From positions 1 through 48,245 of the IMG/VR virus record IMGVR_UViG_3300030207_000369: 48,245 nt of DNA; one strand, 5' to 3'. Positions 1 to 8,460 of the stretch are shown here, piece after piece; within the stretch, counting starts at the first letter, position 1; every line of letters starts with the position of its first letter. The position numbers and the translations under genes are program-made. The notes under the pieces were generated by a model. It did not search any database. It was not told the DNA's origin and was given only the letters and a program-made list of their open reading frames with translations. This stretch comes from a virus (lineage: Duplodnaviria; Caudoviricetes).

Positions 1-101
1 TCGGTAGAAAGTAATGCGACAGCAGACCAAACAAATGAAGAAATACAAGATATCGTAGGTGGAATGCTTACTGGTAATACTGAAACAGGTATTACTGTTA
101 C
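1..101. repeat. Terminal overlap (left copy), circular assembly junction
   Basis: 1-101 matches 48145-48245 except at position 3 (g vs a); the tail-fibre reading frame is continuous across the join. Confidence 0.9.
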
Positions 102-3100
102 ATATCAAGATGGAGACGGGACCATAGACTTTGTTGTGGGAACTTTAAACCAAGACACAACAGGTTCTGCAGCAACTCTTACAACAGCAAGAAATATTGG
201 TGGAGTAAGTTTTGATGGTTCTGCTAATATTGATTTACCTGGTGTAAATAGTTCGGGTAATCAGAATACAAGTGGTACTGCAGCAAATGCTACATTAGCA
301 GCTACAGTAACAGTATCAGATAGTACAGCAAACACAAACTTTCCTGTTGTATTTCACGATGAGTCAAATGCTTTATTAGATGACACTGGTGCATTAAGAT
401 ATAATCCAAGTTCAGGAACATTATTAGTTCCTAATCTTTCTGTTGCTGGTACTACAACAACTGTAGATACAGTAACAATGGAAGCATCAAATGCTATTAT
501 ATTTGAAGGAGCAACTGCAGATTCAAACGAAACAACACTATCTATTATAGACCCTACTGGTGACAGAACAATTAATTTACCAAATGTATCAGGTACTATA
601 CCAGTATTAGCATCAGCTTCTACAACACAAATTACATCTACTCCAGAAGAACTTAATATTTTAGATGGAGTGACTGCTACTGCAACAGAATTAAATTATG
701 TAGATGGAGTAACTTCTAGTATTCAAACACAGTTAGATGCTAAAATTGAAGCTACATTAACTACTGAACAAGTCCAAGATATAGTAGGGGCTATGTTCAC
801 AAGCAACACAGAAACTCGTATTAGCGCAAGTTATCAAGATGGAGACGGCACTATTGACTTAGTAGTAGACGATATGACGGCTGATACCAATACGCAACTT
901 TCTTCTGAACAGGTTCAAGATATTGTCGGTGCAATGGTTTCTAGTAACACAGAAACAGGTATTACCGTAAGCTATGAAGATGGAGATGGCACTTTAGATT
1001 TTGTAGTTGCTACTCTTAACCAAGATACTACAGGTAATGCTGCTACAGCCACAGCTCTTGAAACAGCTAGAACAATACACGGTGTATCTTTTGATGGTAC
1101 TGCTAATATAGATTTATCTGAAGTAGTACAAGATACAGCTGGAGGAATGTTTACAGGAAATACTGAAACATTTATTACAGCCACTTATCAAGATGCTGAT
1201 GGGACAGTAGACTTAGTTGTTCCTGTTTTAGATGAAGATGATTTATCAAGTGATTCAGCTTCACATCTAGTAACTCAACAATCAGTTAAGGCTTATATTG
1301 ATGCTCAAGTTGCTGCTTCAGGCTCAGGAGATATTACAGCGGTAACTTTCCAGACAGATTCTGGTTCTGGAAGTAAAGCTTCTGACACTGGTGGTAGCGC
1401 TGACTTTTCATTGTTAGGTGGAGATGGAATAGGTATAACAAATAGTGGTACAACTATAACTGCGGCAGTTTCAGCAGCACAAACAACTATTACATCATTA
1501 CTAGCTACTGATATTAAAATTGGAGAAGATGACCAAACAAAGATTGATTTTGAAACAGCAGATACAATTAACTTTTATGCTGGTAATGAAAAACAATTAA
1601 TTCTTACAGATGGTGCTTTAACACCAGGTGCTGATAATATACTTGATTTAGGTTCATCTTCAGTAGAATTTAAAGATGCTTTCTTTGACGGAACAGTAAC
1701 TTCTGATGCATTTGCAGGTCCTTTAACAGGAGATGTTACTGGAAATGCAGATACTGCAACCGCATTAGCAACAGCTAGAAATATCCACGGTGTTAGCTTT
1801 GATGGTACAGGAAATATTGATTTAACAGAAGTTATAGAAGACACTGTAGGCGCTATGGTATCTTCAAATACTGAGTCAGGTATTACAGTAGCTTATCAAG
1901 ATGGCGATGGTACTTTAGACTTTACAGTAGGTACACTTAATCAAGATACGACTGGTAATGCAGCTACTGCTACAGCTTTAGAAACTGCAAGAAATATTCA
2001 CGGTGTTTCTTTTGACGGAACAGGTAATATAGACTTATCTGAGGTGATTCAAGATACAGTAGGAGCTATGTTCTCTTCTAATACAGAAACTAGAATTACT
2101 GCTACCTATCAAGACTCAGACGGTACAATAGATTTAGTTGTTGATGATTTAGATACTGATACACAATTATCAACAGAAAATGTCCAAGACATTGTTGGTG
2201 CTATGTTCTCAAGTAATACTGAGACTAGAATCTCAGCTACATACCAAGACGGAGATGGAACGATAGACTTGGCTGTAGACGATATGACTGCTAATGACAA
2301 TACTAATCAACTTACTACATTCCAACTTGAAGATGGTGACGGAACAGAAGTAACTGTAGCACACGCTAAGGAAGTAAAATTCGTAGAAGGTGGAAGAATA
2401 GACATCAATTGGACAGATACTTCTACTGGTTCAGACGGAGACCCATATGATTTAACTTTTACTGTTGATGATGATTTATCTAATTATGACAATAGTAGTT
2501 CTGGTTTCTTAACAGCTCACCCTAATATATCAGCTGCTAGTTCAAGTGACAATAGTGGTAGAACATACATACAGGATATTTCTGTAGACAGTAACGGACA
2601 CGTTACAGGTATTGCAACTGCTACTGAGACTGTTACAAACAGTGACACAAATACTAACCAGCTTACTACATTTCAATTAGAAGATGGAGATGGTACAGAA
2701 GTTACTATTGCACACGGAAAAGAAGTTAAGTTTGTAGAAGGTGGCGGTATAGATATAAATTGGACTGACACATCTAATGGTAGTGATGGAGACCCATTTG
2801 ATTTAACATTTACAGTTTCATCTCAAACTGATAACAACTTTACAGATTCTGACCATAGTAAGTTAGACGGAATAGAAGCAAGTGCAGACGTAACTGATAC
2901 TTCTAATGTTACTTCAGCAGGTGCATTAATGGACAGTGAGTGTACTAATCTATCAGCTGTTAAAGGAATAAACCAAGCATTAACTACAAGTTCTGATGTA
3001 CAATTTGGAGATGTAACTCTTGGAGGTATTGTTCTTGACGGTAATACTATTTCTGGTATTGATGATTCAGGTGAATTTACTAACAATGATTCTCACATTA

Positions 3101-4014
3101 TGACTTCTGCTGCGGTAGAAGATAAAATTTTAGGTTATGGATATACGACTAATACTGGAGATATCACAGCAGTTACTGTAACTGCAGGAGACGGTTTAAC
3201 AGGTGGTGGTACTGCTAGTAGTGGAGCTTTTAGTAAAACAGTACACGTAGGAGCAGGAACTGGTATTGCAGTTAATTCTAATGATGTTGCATTATCACAT
3301 TTAGGTATTGAAAGTTTAAGTGACCCTGGTGCAGACAGACTTCTTATCTGGGACGACTCAGCTGGAGCAGTTGTTTTTGCGACACCTAATAGTAACTTAG
3401 CGATATCTGGTACAAATGTTAATGCTACTGATACAAATACCAATACTACTTATAGTGCTGGTACAAACATTTCTTTATCAGGTACTACTTTTAATGTAGA
3501 TGATGCGTTCTTAAAGAACGATGCTAATGATACTACGAGTGGAACCATAACTGCTGCTGGATTCAATACAGCTTCTGGTAAAGTAGGAGATGTTGATGAT
3601 GAGTATATTGACTTTGGAACTGCTGGTGAGATTCAATTTAAGATAGATAATGTTGAAGATTTTATGATGGCAGATGGTGGAACATTCCACGCAAACGCAG
3701 ATATTATTGCATACTCTAGTAGTATATCATCAGATAAAAAACTTAAAAAGAATATTAAAGATGTTAGATATGGCTTAGAAGACGTATTAAAACTTCGTGG
3801 TGTAGAGTTTGATTGGAAAGAAAAATTAGATGGTAAACACGATATTGGATTTATTGCACAAGAGGTTCAAGAAGTTGTTCCAGAACTTGTAAAAGAAGTA
3901 GATGGATTAAACGATGAAGAAGCTCACTTAGTTGTAGACTATGCAAAGCTTGTTCCAGTATTAGTAGAATCAATTAAAGAATTAAAAGCTGAAATAGAGG
4001 AACTTAAAAAATGA
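1..4014 (+). CDS. Tail fibre, C-terminal part (gene starts at 46882 and wraps), ending in a Peptidase_S74 intramolecular chaperone
   Basis: Frame open from base 1; T/D/G/S-rich repeated modules; C-terminal SDKKLKKNI...GFIAQEVQEVVPELV...VDYAKLVPVLVESIKEL is the S74 chaperone signature. Confidence 0.9.
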   Translation, partial: SVESNATADQTNEEIQDIVGGMLTGNTETGITVTYQDGDGTIDFVVGTLNQDTTGSAATLTTARNIGGVSFDGSANIDLPGVNSSGNQNTSGTAANATLAATVTVSDSTANTNFPVVFHDESNALLDDTGALRYNPSSGTLLVPNLSVAGTTTTVDTVTMEASNAIIFEGATADSNETTLSIIDPTGDRTINLPNVSGTIPVLASASTTQITSTPEELNILDGVTATATELNYVDGVTSSIQTQLDAKIEATLTTEQVQDIVGAMFTSNTETRISASYQDGDGTIDLVVDDMTADTNTQLSSEQVQDIVGAMVSSNTETGITVSYEDGDGTLDFVVATLNQDTTGNAATATALETARTIHGVSFDGTANIDLSEVVQDTAGGMFTGNTETFITATYQDADGTVDLVVPVLDEDDLSSDSASHLVTQQSVKAYIDAQVAASGSGDITAVTFQTDSGSGSKASDTGGSADFSLLGGDGIGITNSGTTITAAVSAAQTTITSLLATDIKIGEDDQTKIDFETADTINFYAGNEKQLILTDGALTPGADNILDLGSSSVEFKDAFFDGTVTSDAFAGPLTGDVTGNADTATALATARNIHGVSFDGTGNIDLTEVIEDTVGAMVSSNTESGITVAYQDGDGTLDFTVGTLNQDTTGNAATATALETARNIHGVSFDGTGNIDLSEVIQDTVGAMFSSNTETRITATYQDSDGTIDLVVDDLDTDTQLSTENVQDIVGAMFSSNTETRISATYQDGDGTIDLAVDDMTANDNTNQLTTFQLEDGDGTEVTVAHAKEVKFVEGGRIDINWTDTSTGSDGDPYDLTFTVDDDLSNYDNSSSGFLTAHPNISAASSSDNSGRTYIQDISVDSNGHVTGIATATETVTNSDTNTNQLTTFQLEDGDGTEVTIAHGKEVKFVEGGGIDINWTDTSNGSDGDPFDLTFTVSSQTDNNFTDSDHSKLDGIEASADVTDTSNVTSAGALMDSECTNLSAVKGINQALTTSSDVQFGDVTLGGIVLDGNTISGIDDSGEFTNNDSHIMTSAAVEDKILGYGYTTNTGDITAVTVTAGDGLTGGGTASSGAFSKTVHVGAGTGIAVNSNDVALSHLGIESLSDPGADRLLIWDDSAGAVVFATPNSNLAISGTNVNATDTNTNTTYSAGTNISLSGTTFNVDDAFLKNDANDTTSGTITAAGFNTASGKVGDVDDEYIDFGTAGEIQFKIDNVEDFMMADGGTFHANADIIAYSSSISSDKKLKKNIKDVRYGLEDVLKLRGVEFDWKEKLDGKHDIGFIAQEVQEVVPELVKEVDGLNDEEAHLVVDYAKLVPVLVESIKELKAEIEELKK

Positions 4015-5153
4015 GCTTGACTGCATCAGGTGAAATAAATATGAGTGAGATTAGAACTGAGCTTGGAGCTTCAGGACAAATTTCACTTAAAGAAGCAAGC
4101 GATGGAACTGTTGCTACTATTAACACTAATAATGATTCAGATGATAGACCAGACGGCAATGCACCACACGCTATGTCTGAGTTTTATAGTTATGACCACG
4201 ATGCTGCTGGTGCTACATCATTTGGTACTTGGAGTGATACAACAATTAGATTTATTGGATTAGAGCCAGGAGACGGCATTTCAACACACGCAATAAGTAC
4301 AAACGATATGACAGACCCAACTGGTACTGTAGGAATAGATTCAAATACAACCTCAGGAACAGTAAGAGGAAGTTGTTTAGTTGCTATATCAAGCACAGGA
4401 GACCCTGGAACTGCAAGCAGTGGTTTTGGTGGTGGTACAAGTAATAGTGGTAGTGGGTATGAAACTATAGTAAATAATTCTGCTATAGGTAGTGTAAGTA
4501 TGAGTTCATCAAATGATACTATTAACGCAAGATTTGCTTTCCAGCCACACTCAGTTCACACAGAAACTGTTAATAGAACAATAACTTGGACAGTTAATAG
4601 TGTTACTAATGCTGATATGACTGTATTTACCAATGTTACAAGTTTTGGTGGATTTTGTGTTGCAGAGTGGGTACCAGTAAATTGTAAAGATTACTATAAA
4701 CATATAAGTGAATTAAAAGTTGGAGATATGATTATGTCTTACAACTTTGAAACTAATTCTGTTGAAGAGGTAGAAATACTTAAAATAGAAAAACCAAGAC
4801 ATAATGATTTAGTTATTTATAGATTTGAAGATATGGAAGATGTTATTTATACGCATACAGAAGACGGAAAAAAAATATCTACATATAGCAAAGGATTGGC
4901 AATTACTAAAGACCACCCTATATATAAAGCAGATGGAAATATGGTTTGTGTTGACCCAGTAAAAGCAAAAGAATTATATGATTTAGATGCCGAAGAAATA
5001 AAAAAAGGCGATGAAATAAGATTTATGGACAATATAAGAAAAGTTGAAAAATATCTATTAAGTCCAGATGAAACAGAAACTTATACAATATTAACAAAGA
5101 ACAACAACTTTTACGCAGGCGGCGTATTAGTACATTCAGAAATAGGAGAATAA
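4011..5153 (+). CDS. Tail-fibre-associated (adhesin-like) protein with C-terminal Hint domain
   Basis: N-terminus MSLTASGEINMSEIRTELG is typical of small fibre-tip proteins; Hint blocks from Cys216 (C...ISELKVGD; ITKDHP; NNFYAGGVLVHS). Confidence 0.8.
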   Translation: MSLTASGEINMSEIRTELGASGQISLKEASDGTVATINTNNDSDDRPDGNAPHAMSEFYSYDHDAAGATSFGTWSDTTIRFIGLEPGDGISTHAISTNDMTDPTGTVGIDSNTTSGTVRGSCLVAISSTGDPGTASSGFGGGTSNSGSGYETIVNNSAIGSVSMSSSNDTINARFAFQPHSVHTETVNRTITWTVNSVTNADMTVFTNVTSFGGFCVAEWVPVNCKDYYKHISELKVGDMIMSYNFETNSVEEVEILKIEKPRHNDLVIYRFEDMEDVIYTHTEDGKKISTYSKGLAITKDHPIYKADGNMVCVDPVKAKELYDLDAEEIKKGDEIRFMDNIRKVEKYLLSPDETETYTILTKNNNFYAGGVLVHSEIGE

Positions 5154-5154
5154 A

Positions 5155-5448
5155 GTGGCAACAGAAGTAAGTAAAGATAGTAAATTTACATTTAGTTTAG
5201 AGACATTAATATCCTTAGCTGTTACTATATTTATGGTTGTTGGTATGTGGTTTACTTTGCAAGCTGATATTAAAGAAGCAAAAGAGTTGCCCGAACCACC
5301 AATTGGTAGAACAGAATATGACTTAAAAGACCAAATGATTAGAAATACAATCTTAGAAACAGAAAAAGATGTAACAGAAATTAAAGAACAACAAAAAGAA
5401 ATGCGTGAAGATGTTAAGAATATTGAACGTATGATGATGCAAAAATGA
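5155..5448 (+). CDS. Single-pass membrane protein with coiled-coil C-terminus
   Basis: Hydrophobic LISLAVTIFMVVGMWFTL followed by an E/K/Q heptad-rich region; GGAG RBS before GTG. Confidence 0.75.
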   Translation: MATEVSKDSKFTFSLETLISLAVTIFMVVGMWFTLQADIKEAKELPEPPIGRTEYDLKDQMIRNTILETEKDVTEIKEQQKEMREDVKNIERMMMQK

Positions 5449-5457
5449 GGTATAGAG

Positions 5458-5859
5458 ATGAATTATTACTATGGTATGGTATGGTTGCTTGGATTATTGT
5501 TATGGCAATCACCCTTATACTCGCAGGGTAAATTAAAAGATTTACAGCAAATACAATTGCTTAGTCAAGATGAATGTGTTATAGTTCAAGTTAACGCAGA
5601 TTGGAATATAAAAGCTTCCATAGAGTTAGGTAAACTAAAAAATTGTAAATGGTTTAATGCAAGTATAGATGACAAACAATATGGAGCAGTATTAGCTAAT
5701 GAATGGAATATTAAATCTGTTCCAACTATTATTATGTTTGAATATGGAAAAGAAATAAAAAGATTTGAAGCTGGTTTATCTTTTGATTTAGATGAAGATA
5801 AAATTAAAAGAGAAATTAACAAAGAAATAGATAAAATAATGTTAAGGAGATTCCAATGA
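5458..5859 (+). CDS. Exported thioredoxin-fold protein lacking CxxC
   Basis: Signal-peptide-like N-terminus; IVQVNADWN where FxAxWCxxC is expected; IKSVPTIIMFEYGKEIKRF cis-Pro motif. Confidence 0.75.
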   Translation: MNYYYGMVWLLGLLLWQSPLYSQGKLKDLQQIQLLSQDECVIVQVNADWNIKASIELGKLKNCKWFNASIDDKQYGAVLANEWNIKSVPTIIMFEYGKEIKRFEAGLSFDLDEDKIKREINKEIDKIMLRRFQ

Positions 5860-6947
5860 TGTACTATTTAAGTTTGTTTTATAAACAAATATTAGGTTGC
5901 TTGTTATTACTTACAACTATATCTGCACAAGACTTTTTTAAGTTTAGTACAATATATGGTGCTTATAGTTTTAGTAGTCCAGTAACAAAAGAATTACAAT
6001 ACCAGGTATCTGGTGGACAACTACAAGAGTTGCAAGAAGAATTAGAAGACCACAGTATTATGACATTTGGTATTAGAAAGTTAGCACGATTTGGCTACGA
6101 AAATAAACCAGAGGTTTGGTATACTGGTAAAGAAGCACCGATTAATGAAAGTGTTGCTATTGGTAATATTACTGGTTGGGAATACGTAATAGAGTATTCA
6201 GACCACAAAGAGTTTGGAGAAGAGTTTGTTAACGAACAATATATGCTTCGTTATTTAGGAGATAAGTTTCTTATAAAACTAAACTATGATTCAAGAGGAT
6301 TAGAAGATGTAGAGTTTGCAGCTTTAGATATGAGATTTAAGAAAAACTTTGGCGACTTAGCTTTATCATTAGGAGTTGCAGGTAGAAGCCACCCTGCATA
6401 TTTAGACTTTAGACCTATTGATTTATGGTGGGACGAACAAGGAATTGACACTGGAGAGTTTGTACCTTTCTGGGAGTTTGCATATTTTTATGGTTATACT
6501 GATGAGTGGACAGAACAAACAACTCAGTTTGGCTATCAATACTTTGACTATCTATGGTGGGACGCTGAAGGTAACTTAGTAGCAAACTCAGATGACCAAT
6601 TTTATAAACAAATATACGGTCAGATTGTAAGAGAATACAATGAAGAATATGCAAAAGACTTAGGATATCAAAACGAATTGTCTCTAAGTGTAGGCGCAGA
6701 TTATTATAAGTATACTCCTAAGAACTGGTTTCACTTCTGGGCAACTGCATATCCAGTAACTAAAGGTATGTCTGACTATTCATTTAATTATGAAGTAGCA
6801 GAAAATGGTATGGATTATGATTTAGGTTTAGTATATGGTTGGAAACTTACTAATAAGTTTGGAGTATTCCTAGAAGGTAGATACTTAAATATGTATGACG
6901 TACAAAGTTATGAGTCCAAAGTTGGATTCAATTGGTTAATATACTAA
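5856..6947 (+). CDS. Putative outer-membrane beta-barrel protein
   Basis: Signal peptide (...LLLTTISA-Q); alternating amphipathic strands (YDLGLVYGWKL, FGVFLEGRY); aromatic C-terminus KVGFNWLIY. Confidence 0.65.
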   Translation: MMYYLSLFYKQILGCLLLLTTISAQDFFKFSTIYGAYSFSSPVTKELQYQVSGGQLQELQEELEDHSIMTFGIRKLARFGYENKPEVWYTGKEAPINESVAIGNITGWEYVIEYSDHKEFGEEFVNEQYMLRYLGDKFLIKLNYDSRGLEDVEFAALDMRFKKNFGDLALSLGVAGRSHPAYLDFRPIDLWWDEQGIDTGEFVPFWEFAYFYGYTDEWTEQTTQFGYQYFDYLWWDAEGNLVANSDDQFYKQIYGQIVREYNEEYAKDLGYQNELSLSVGADYYKYTPKNWFHFWATAYPVTKGMSDYSFNYEVAENGMDYDLGLVYGWKLTNKFGVFLEGRYLNMYDVQSYESKVGFNWLIY

Positions 6948-7120
6948 TGTTTAACGGACCAAACGGAGCAGGTAAAGGCGATAAGCCTAGACAGGGCATA
7001 CCTATGAAACAATGGGAAGAACGTTGGGAAAAGATATTTAGACATAAAGGTGTAAATAAAAATATTTTTAAGGAAGAAAATGGCGAGAAAAAGAGCAAAA
7101 GCAATAAGAAGAACAACTAA
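6947..7120 (+). CDS. Small basic phage protein (GKGDKPR motif)
   Basis: TAATG-coupled start at 6947; AGKGDKPR...WEERWEKIF. Confidence 0.6.
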   Translation: MFNGPNGAGKGDKPRQGIPMKQWEERWEKIFRHKGVNKNIFKEENGEKKSKSNKKNN

Positions 7121-7382
7121 GGGTAAGAACGCTAATTACAGACCTACTAAAAAAGGTGCTGGAATGACAAAGAAAGGCGTTAAAGCTTATAGAAGAGCTA
7201 ACCCTGGTAGTAAACTTAAGACTGCTGTTACTGGTAAAGTAAAGAAAGGTAGCAAGGCGGCTAAAAGAAGAAAGTCTTATTGCGCTAGGTCTTTAGGACA
7301 ATTAAAACGAAGCTCTGCTAAAACTAGAAACAATCCTAATTCTAGAATAAGGCAGGCAAGAAGAAGGTGGAAGTGTAGATAA
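7080..7382 (+). CDS. Highly basic phage protein (DUF6321-like)
   Basis: ANPGSKLKTAVTG...KRRKSYCARS...PNSRIRQARRRWKC. Confidence 0.7.
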   Translation: MARKRAKAIRRTTKGKNANYRPTKKGAGMTKKGVKAYRRANPGSKLKTAVTGKVKKGSKAAKRRKSYCARSLGQLKRSSAKTRNNPNSRIRQARRRWKCR

Positions 7383-7383
7383 A

Positions 7384-8061
7384 ATGGATAACAAAAATAA
7401 AAAAACATTAAGAGATATTTTTGGTTCACAAATCTTAGAATATTTTGGAGACAAAAGTGCTGAGGCAGATATGTTAACAAGAGAACAAACAGATAAAGGA
7501 ACTAAATTATCTGCTGACTTGTCAGGAAGAGGAATCTTTGGACATCTTATTTCAGATAGAAATAAGGGAAGTGAAAGATTTAATCTCCCGACAGAAGAAG
7601 AGTTTATGAATCAATATATAGGAGAACTTATAGGGCAACAACCTATTAGTACTAGAATGTCATCTGAAGGTAAAGGTAGAAAACAAGAAGATATAATGGA
7701 CGCAATATATGCATTTGTAAGCCCTGAACAAGATACTACTTATTTTTCTAAACAAACTAGAACTGCAAATCCTAAAGATGAAAGGTCTACCTATAATGAG
7801 CTTATGAGACAAAGCACTAGCGAAGTTCTTGCGTCGTTACTTGGTCTTGAATTAGGAGCAGGTTCAGACGAATTGCCAGGACTTGCAAGAGGTATGGAAA
7901 AAATTAATTTAGGAGAAGGTCAAACTATTGGAGACTTTCTTAGAGAGTTTAACCCTGGTGTATATGAAGATGACTTTGAGCCATTCTTCACAAGAAGACA
8001 AGGTAGAGATATGTTAAGACCTGGTCTTTTACCAGATGCAAAAAGAGGAAGAGTGAGATAA
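7384..8061 (+). CDS. Hypothetical protein
   Basis: 225-aa ORF in operon order. Confidence 0.65.
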   Translation: MDNKNKKTLRDIFGSQILEYFGDKSAEADMLTREQTDKGTKLSADLSGRGIFGHLISDRNKGSERFNLPTEEEFMNQYIGELIGQQPISTRMSSEGKGRKQEDIMDAIYAFVSPEQDTTYFSKQTRTANPKDERSTYNELMRQSTSEVLASLLGLELGAGSDELPGLARGMEKINLGEGQTIGDFLREFNPGVYEDDFEPFFTRRQGRDMLRPGLLPDAKRGRVR

Positions 8062-8088
8062 TATGAATTGTGAATGTGGGTGCGGAAT

Positions 8089-8460
8089 ATGCCTAAGTTA
8101 AGTGTAGTAGGAAATATAATTGACAAAGTTGCTGGACACGTAGATAAGTTTACGTTAGACAAAGAAGAAAAAGCACAGTTAATTATGGAGATTAATAAAG
8201 CTCAAATAGAAGTTAATAAGATAGAAGCAGGTTCTAGTAGTTTGTTTAAAAGCGGTTGGAGACCTTTCGTTGGCTGGGTTTGCGCTTTTGCATTATGTTA
8301 TCATTTTGTATTACAACCAATGTTAGCATTTATTTTAGGAGTTGCTGGATATAATGTGGTATTACCTGAGTTTGATATGACAACTTTGACTACAGTTTTA
8401 ATGGGACTCTTAGGTCTTGGAGGAATGCGTAGTTTTGAAAAGGTAAAACGTAGTGCCTAA
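8089..8460 (+). CDS. Holin (GTA_holin_3TM family)
   Basis: SGWRPFVGWVC...LLGLGGMRSFEK signature with hydrophobic segments; start may be 8074 or 8089. Confidence 0.85.
   Translation: MPKLSVVGNIIDKVAGHVDKFTLDKEEKAQLIMEINKAQIEVNKIEAGSSSLFKSGWRPFVGWVCAFALCYHFVLQPMLAFILGVAGYNVVLPEFDMTTLTTVLMGLLGLGGMRSFEKVKRSA

Noticed and set aside
1-101. Biological direct terminal repeat
   Set aside because: It lies inside a coding sequence and has the size of an assembler overlap
972-3443. Minus-strand ORFs inside the tail fibre (also 46692-48107)
   Set aside because: Antisense shadows of a biased-codon gene, with no RBS or recognisable motifs
1-5153. Diversity-generating retroelement acting on the tail genes
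   Set aside because: No reverse transcriptase; the repeats differ at synonymous positions rather than only at adenines
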